Source: Candidatus Latescibacterota bacterium
Lineage (GTDB): Bacteria > Latescibacterota > UBA2968 > GCA-2709665
DNA: 64,000 nt
Direction: 5' to 3'
NCBI GenBank assembly: GCA_965205485.1
Contig: OZ242180.1
Coordinates: forward strand, 1,632,001 to 1,696,000
Part shown: one piece after another, positions 59,958 through 64,000 of the stretch
Layout: each line of letters starts with the position of its first letter
Numbering within the stretch: position 1 is the first letter of the stretch
Program-made: the position numbers and the translations under genes
The notes under the pieces: generated by a model
Told to the model about the DNA's origin: nothing
The model's input: the letters and a program-made list of their open reading frames with translations, nothing else
Databases searched by the model: none

Positions 59958-60821
59958 TTGAAGACAGTCCTATACCTTCGCCATCTGCCGTGGATTTTCC
60001 TGTCCCTGTGCGCCGCGTCGCTTCTGACGAGTCCACTTGCGATCGATCAGGTTGCCGCCCGGCAGGCGTCGCCGGATCGCCGAGCGTCATCACAGGCGGA
60101 CTCGATTGCCGGGCAGGTGCCTCGACGATATACGTACCGCGTGATAAACACGTATCCCCACGATCACGGCGCGTTTACCCAGGGGCTGGTTTATGAACGA
60201 GGCTATCTTTACGAGGGAACAGGGCTTTACGGGAGGTCTTCATTGCGCGAGGTCGTGTTGGAAACCGGCCAGGTCACGCGGATCAAGACGCTGGAGTCCC
60301 GGTATTTCGGGGAAGGGATTACGATCTTCGGAAATCGCATCATTCAGTTGACCTGGGTGGCGCGGACCGGATTCGTCTATAACAGGGAGACATTCGAACG
60401 CGTTCGGTCGTTTACATATTCCTCCGAGGGGTGGGGAATCACGCACGACGGCCGGCGGTTGATCGTGAGCGACGGAACGCCGATGCTGTATTTCAGGGAT
60501 CCCGATACGTTCGAGGAGGTGGGGCGGGTGGAAGTCCGGGACGAGATGGGGCCGGTGACCCGGCTGAATGAACTGGAATACGTCGAGGGTGAAGTCTACG
60601 CCAATGTCTGGGAATCGGACCTGATCGCGAGGATCAACCCGGAGTCCGGCAGGGTCGTGGCCTGGATCGACCTGGCGGGATTGATGCCCGGAAGGGAACG
60701 ACTCGGTGCGGATGCCGCGTTGAACGGAATCGCCTATGATGGGGACCGGAGGCGCCTGTTCGTGACCGGAAAGCGATGGCCGAAGCTGTTCGAGATTGAA
60801 GTGGTGCCCGGAAAAGAGTGA
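59958..60821 (+). CDS. Glutaminyl-peptide cyclotransferase (type I, secreted)
   Basis: YPHD.GAFTQGL, YFGEGI, EGWGIT, LNELE, LNGIAYD, TGKRW; start approximate. Confidence 0.93.
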   Translation: MKTVLYLRHLPWIFLSLCAASLLTSPLAIDQVAARQASPDRRASSQADSIAGQVPRRYTYRVINTYPHDHGAFTQGLVYERGYLYEGTGLYGRSSLREVVLETGQVTRIKTLESRYFGEGITIFGNRIIQLTWVARTGFVYNRETFERVRSFTYSSEGWGITHDGRRLIVSDGTPMLYFRDPDTFEEVGRVEVRDEMGPVTRLNELEYVEGEVYANVWESDLIARINPESGRVVAWIDLAGLMPGRERLGADAALNGIAYDGDRRRLFVTGKRWPKLFEIEVVPGKE

Positions 60822-60870
60822 TGCGGAAGGACAAGGCACGGGAACCTGGAGGCGCGGCGCAGGCCGCGCC

Positions 60871-62259
60871 TCATTTGTTGTGGCGCCATTTGAGGAGCGT
60901 GCCGATGTCCATCAGGTAGGTGGAGTCTGACTTGCTGCGATCGGAGCGGTCCTTGAGGGATTCGATTCTCCCCGTGGTGGAACGACAGAGCCCATTGAAG
61001 ATATTACCGGGCACTTCGATGCGGTTGCGGGTCTTGTAGAAGGCGCGAACGAGTTCCGACCGGGCGGGAATCATGGTTCCCGTGGGCGTGCCTGCGCTGT
61101 CGATACGAAATTCCCGGTCGTATTCCCAGCCCATGCAATAGTCTCCCGTGCGCGTCTGAAGGAACGTGGTGAAATTGAGGGCCGCGCAGAGGCGGTCCCT
61201 GAGTGAATCGGAAAATGGATGATCGATGGGGAGAACGTCGTACAGCGAGGCGAGGCCGTTCGCGGTAATGGACTGATAGCCGATATGGAAGTTGTGACCC
61301 GGCCATCCGCCCCGGGGAAGCTGCGCGAAGAAGACGCCGCCGCGGGTCCGCCAGATGGCCGTCTCCAGGTAACTTTCTTCTCCGGTGAACGCGTACAGCA
61401 GGGATAGAAACCAGAGCGCGAAGGCATCGTAGTTGTTGTTTCCGGTAAAGGGACAGGACGTCGTCCAGTCCGCGGCCCTTCGAACGGCGTTGAGGTATTC
61501 CTCCTTTCCGGTAACCCGAAAGCCCTCCGCAAGGGCCAGCCCCGCCCAGCCCGTATCGTAGAAGTTGTCGCGCTGGTTCATCACGCCGCCGGGAACGCCC
61601 TTGTACCACCAGCGGAAGGCGCCGTTCTCGTCCTGCTCCGCAAGGAGATAGTCCAGGCCGTCGACAGCCAGCTTCCGGTACTGCTCGTCGCCCAGCGCTT
61701 CGTAGCCGTACAGATAACCCAGGATGACGTCCGAGGGCCAGCGGTACGCGGGCTTCTCCGCATCCGGGACCGTACCCCAGCCGCCGTCCGGGTTGCGGCA
61801 CGCTTCACATTCGGCGTGCGCCGTCCGGAACGCCGCATCCAGCGTTTCGTGGTCTATCGCTTCGAAGGCGTAGTTCGCATCGACGATTCGGTCACGTGTC
61901 GCAACCGGAAAGCCGTCGGCCAGGCGGCGGCCGGGTACGACTACCTCAAACGATTCGGTAGCGATGGCTCTGTAATTCCGGGCCCTGGAATAGACCTGCG
62001 CCGTGATGAGATATGTTCCCGGCTGAAAATCGGATTCGAGGCCGCAGTCGAACGGGAGAACCGTGTGGCCGTCGTTCAGGTCCCGGTTGACCTCCCCGGA
62101 TGCGTACCGCGTTGCGCCCAGGGGATCGTTGATCGCGAGCCGGGTGCGGACCGTTTGTTTGTCCATCCCGATCACGTGGATGTCGATGGAGACCCGCTCG
62201 CCGGGAACGAAGCCGAAGCTCTTGTCGGGGATGGAAACGACGAGACAGGGATCTGACAT
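60871..62259 (-). CDS. Hypothetical protein: N-terminal beta-sandwich + (alpha/alpha)-toroid (glycoside hydrolase/prenyltransferase-like)
   Basis: Repeated NPDGGW / QDENGAF / QLPRGGW turns and 'TG.EEYL' helical hairpins; RBS AAGGA. Confidence 0.6.
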   Translation of the reverse strand: MSDPCLVVSIPDKSFGFVPGERVSIDIHVIGMDKQTVRTRLAINDPLGATRYASGEVNRDLNDGHTVLPFDCGLESDFQPGTYLITAQVYSRARNYRAIATESFEVVVPGRRLADGFPVATRDRIVDANYAFEAIDHETLDAAFRTAHAECEACRNPDGGWGTVPDAEKPAYRWPSDVILGYLYGYEALGDEQYRKLAVDGLDYLLAEQDENGAFRWWYKGVPGGVMNQRDNFYDTGWAGLALAEGFRVTGKEEYLNAVRRAADWTTSCPFTGNNNYDAFALWFLSLLYAFTGEESYLETAIWRTRGGVFFAQLPRGGWPGHNFHIGYQSITANGLASLYDVLPIDHPFSDSLRDRLCAALNFTTFLQTRTGDYCMGWEYDREFRIDSAGTPTGTMIPARSELVRAFYKTRNRIEVPGNIFNGLCRSTTGRIESLKDRSDRSKSDSTYLMDIGTLLKWRHNK

Positions 62260-62297
62260 ATCGCAAAGTCCTTATTTTTAGACACCCATGACCCGGG

Positions 62298-62480
62298 ATC
62301 CTGAGCCGCTCCCTGAGCCGTTGTTCTGAGCCTGCCGAAGGGTCGAAGGCGCTGCCCTGAGCTTGTCGAAGGGGTCGGCGAAGGATTAGAACGGCAACCT
62401 AACGCGGGCGCTTCGACATTTCGACACCCTTCGACAAGCTCAGGGACCGAGCTCACTGCAGGCATGCTCAGCGTCCCCTT
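62298..62480. repeat. Nested REP cluster (CCTGAGCTTGTCGAAGG family)
   Basis: Multiple CTGAGC..CGAAGG and CCTTCGACAAGCTCAGG units. Confidence 0.85.
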
Positions 62481-62546
62481 TGAGCAGGTTCTTTTCCAGT
62501 CTTGCAGGAGCAACAGATGTCGACTATTCACTGCTCCCCGTAATGG

Positions 62547-64000
62547 CTATCGTGTTGCCGGGATAACGGGCAGGACGATATGGGATGGATATTGTCTCGA
62601 GTGATGGACGGCCTGATGGGCCTGGCGCATTTCGGTTTCGCTTGCCAAAGAGCCGCCCGTGTTGAGATTGCGGTCGAACCGGGGGAAGTTCGACGACGAG
62701 ATCTCGAGCCGGATGCGGTGGCCTTTCCTGAATACGTTCCCAGTGACACCGAGGTCGATCTCATAGGCGTATACGTTGCCGGGTTCGAGCAAAGACGGGC
62801 TGGTAAGGCTCTCGCGAAAACGGGCCCTCAGGATTCCGTCGCAGAGGTTCATGGCGTACCCCGATGGCGATACGTCCACCAGCTTGGCGGTCCAGTCCGT
62901 GTCCGTACAGTCGGTGGCGGCGTAGAGTACGACCTTGACGGGTCCGGTGACTTCCAGGTCCGTTTCCATTGCGTCGCTGGTATAACAAAGCACGTCGCTC
63001 CGCATTTCCACCGGGCGCTGGTCCTGCGGCCCCCAGGGAACGATGTGGGGGGAGCAGCAGTTGTTTCCGCCCATGGTCGGCGCCGGATAGCGCGGATCGT
63101 AGGTGTAGTGATCGGGGTGCTCTTCGCCCGGCGGATCGGTGCAGAGGCAGCCGTCGCCGAGCAGCGTGTTGGCCTGGCCGGTCGAATGCAGATGCCATTT
63201 TTCCCACCGGGTCCGGGCGAGCGGCCACTCGCATTCGTCCCGCCACCGGTTGACCCCCATGATGAAGAGCCTCAGCGGCGGTTCGTCCGCAACGCCGTTG
63301 TCGATGCCTTTGAGCCAGTAGTCGAACCAGCGCTGTTCCAGGCTCTCGAGGTCCACCATGGACGGCGCCCCGAAGTCCACGTCGCCGGTCTTTGGCGACG
63401 TGCTGAGGGCGTGCGGCCACGGACCCACGATGAGCTTGCTCTTCCTCGCGTCTTCGGAGCCGCCGTTCTGACGAAGGCCGTTGTAGTTGCTGAAGGTCTG
63501 GGCGGCGTAGAGATCGTACCAGCCTCCCATATTGAACGCGGGCGCGATAATATCCCCCCAGCGGGTTTCGTCGTTGAATTCCTCCCAGTAGTCGTCGTAA
63601 GCGTCGTGTTCGACCCAGTCCTTCCAGAAGTCGACGTCGCGGCCCGAGGCTTCGTCCATTCTGTTGAGGGGCAGCGCCCGGAAGGCTTCGGTCCAATTGT
63701 GAAACTCGATGGTCTGGCCGGTGCGGGCGTTGGTGCGCATGCCCCAGGTGAGCATGACGTTGAGCTGGAACGCGCCGCCGGGGTGGACGAGCCCGGTGTA
63801 GTAGTCTGCGCAGATGACTCGCGGCGTCATGCATTTGAGATAACGGCTGGCATACGGCGCGCTGCGCCACTGTACGGCGCCGCCGTAGGAACTTCCGGCC
63901 ATTCCTATCCTGCCGCTGCACCACTCCCGGTTCCCGATCCACTCCTGGGTATCGTACCCGTCTTCACCCTCACGAAACGCGTAATAGGTGCCCTCGGAGT
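62547..64000 (-). CDS. CocE/NonD family hydrolase (5' end outside the window)
   Basis: GRIGMAGSSYGG, GGWYD, GPWPH, SSSNFPRFDRN. Confidence 0.93.
   Translation of the reverse strand, partial: SEGTYYAFREGEDGYDTQEWIGNREWCSGRIGMAGSSYGGAVQWRSAPYASRYLKCMTPRVICADYYTGLVHPGGAFQLNVMLTWGMRTNARTGQTIEFHNWTEAFRALPLNRMDEASGRDVDFWKDWVEHDAYDDYWEEFNDETRWGDIIAPAFNMGGWYDLYAAQTFSNYNGLRQNGGSEDARKSKLIVGPWPHALSTSPKTGDVDFGAPSMVDLESLEQRWFDYWLKGIDNGVADEPPLRLFIMGVNRWRDECEWPLARTRWEKWHLHSTGQANTLLGDGCLCTDPPGEEHPDHYTYDPRYPAPTMGGNNCCSPHIVPWGPQDQRPVEMRSDVLCYTSDAMETDLEVTGPVKVVLYAATDCTDTDWTAKLVDVSPSGYAMNLCDGILRARFRESLTSPSLLEPGNVYAYEIDLGVTGNVFRKGHRIRLEISSSNFPRFDRNLNTGGSLASETEMRQAHQAVHHSRQYPSHIVLPVIPATR

Overview
GC-rich Gram-negative bacterial chromosome segment spanning the replication origin: rsmG-mnmE-yidC-rnpA-rpmH on the minus strand, then dnaA-[oriC]-dnaN-recF-dciA-gyrB-gyrA. 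Two parS sites and a second DnaA-box cluster lie to the left. The right arm is mostly housekeeping (hom, tRNA-Asp, mfd, surA, rqcP-like, nrnA, argF, tmk, ctpA, larE, def, pncB, moaD/E, glutaminyl cyclase). The left arm carries alpha-2-macroglobulin/pbpC and catabolic enzymes. Main observations: (1) a four-copy family of roughly 135-200 bp intergenic elements whose fixed-length internal segments differ in sequence yet keep base-pairing into a long hairpin with a conserved apical YAGGCCA; (2) an XRE-HTH/methylmalonyl-CoA mutase fusion preceded by a decayed cobalamin-riboswitch-like sequence, with a SusC/SusD-like pair inserted between mutase and epimerase and flanked by a 91-bp duplication of the mutase 3' end; (3) two IS5-like MITE families inserted at stop codons, a promoter and a terminator loop, plus nested REPs. 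No transposase, integrase or CRISPR array was seen. All calls come from reading the sequence and motifs by eye; no database search was run, and novelty is unverified.
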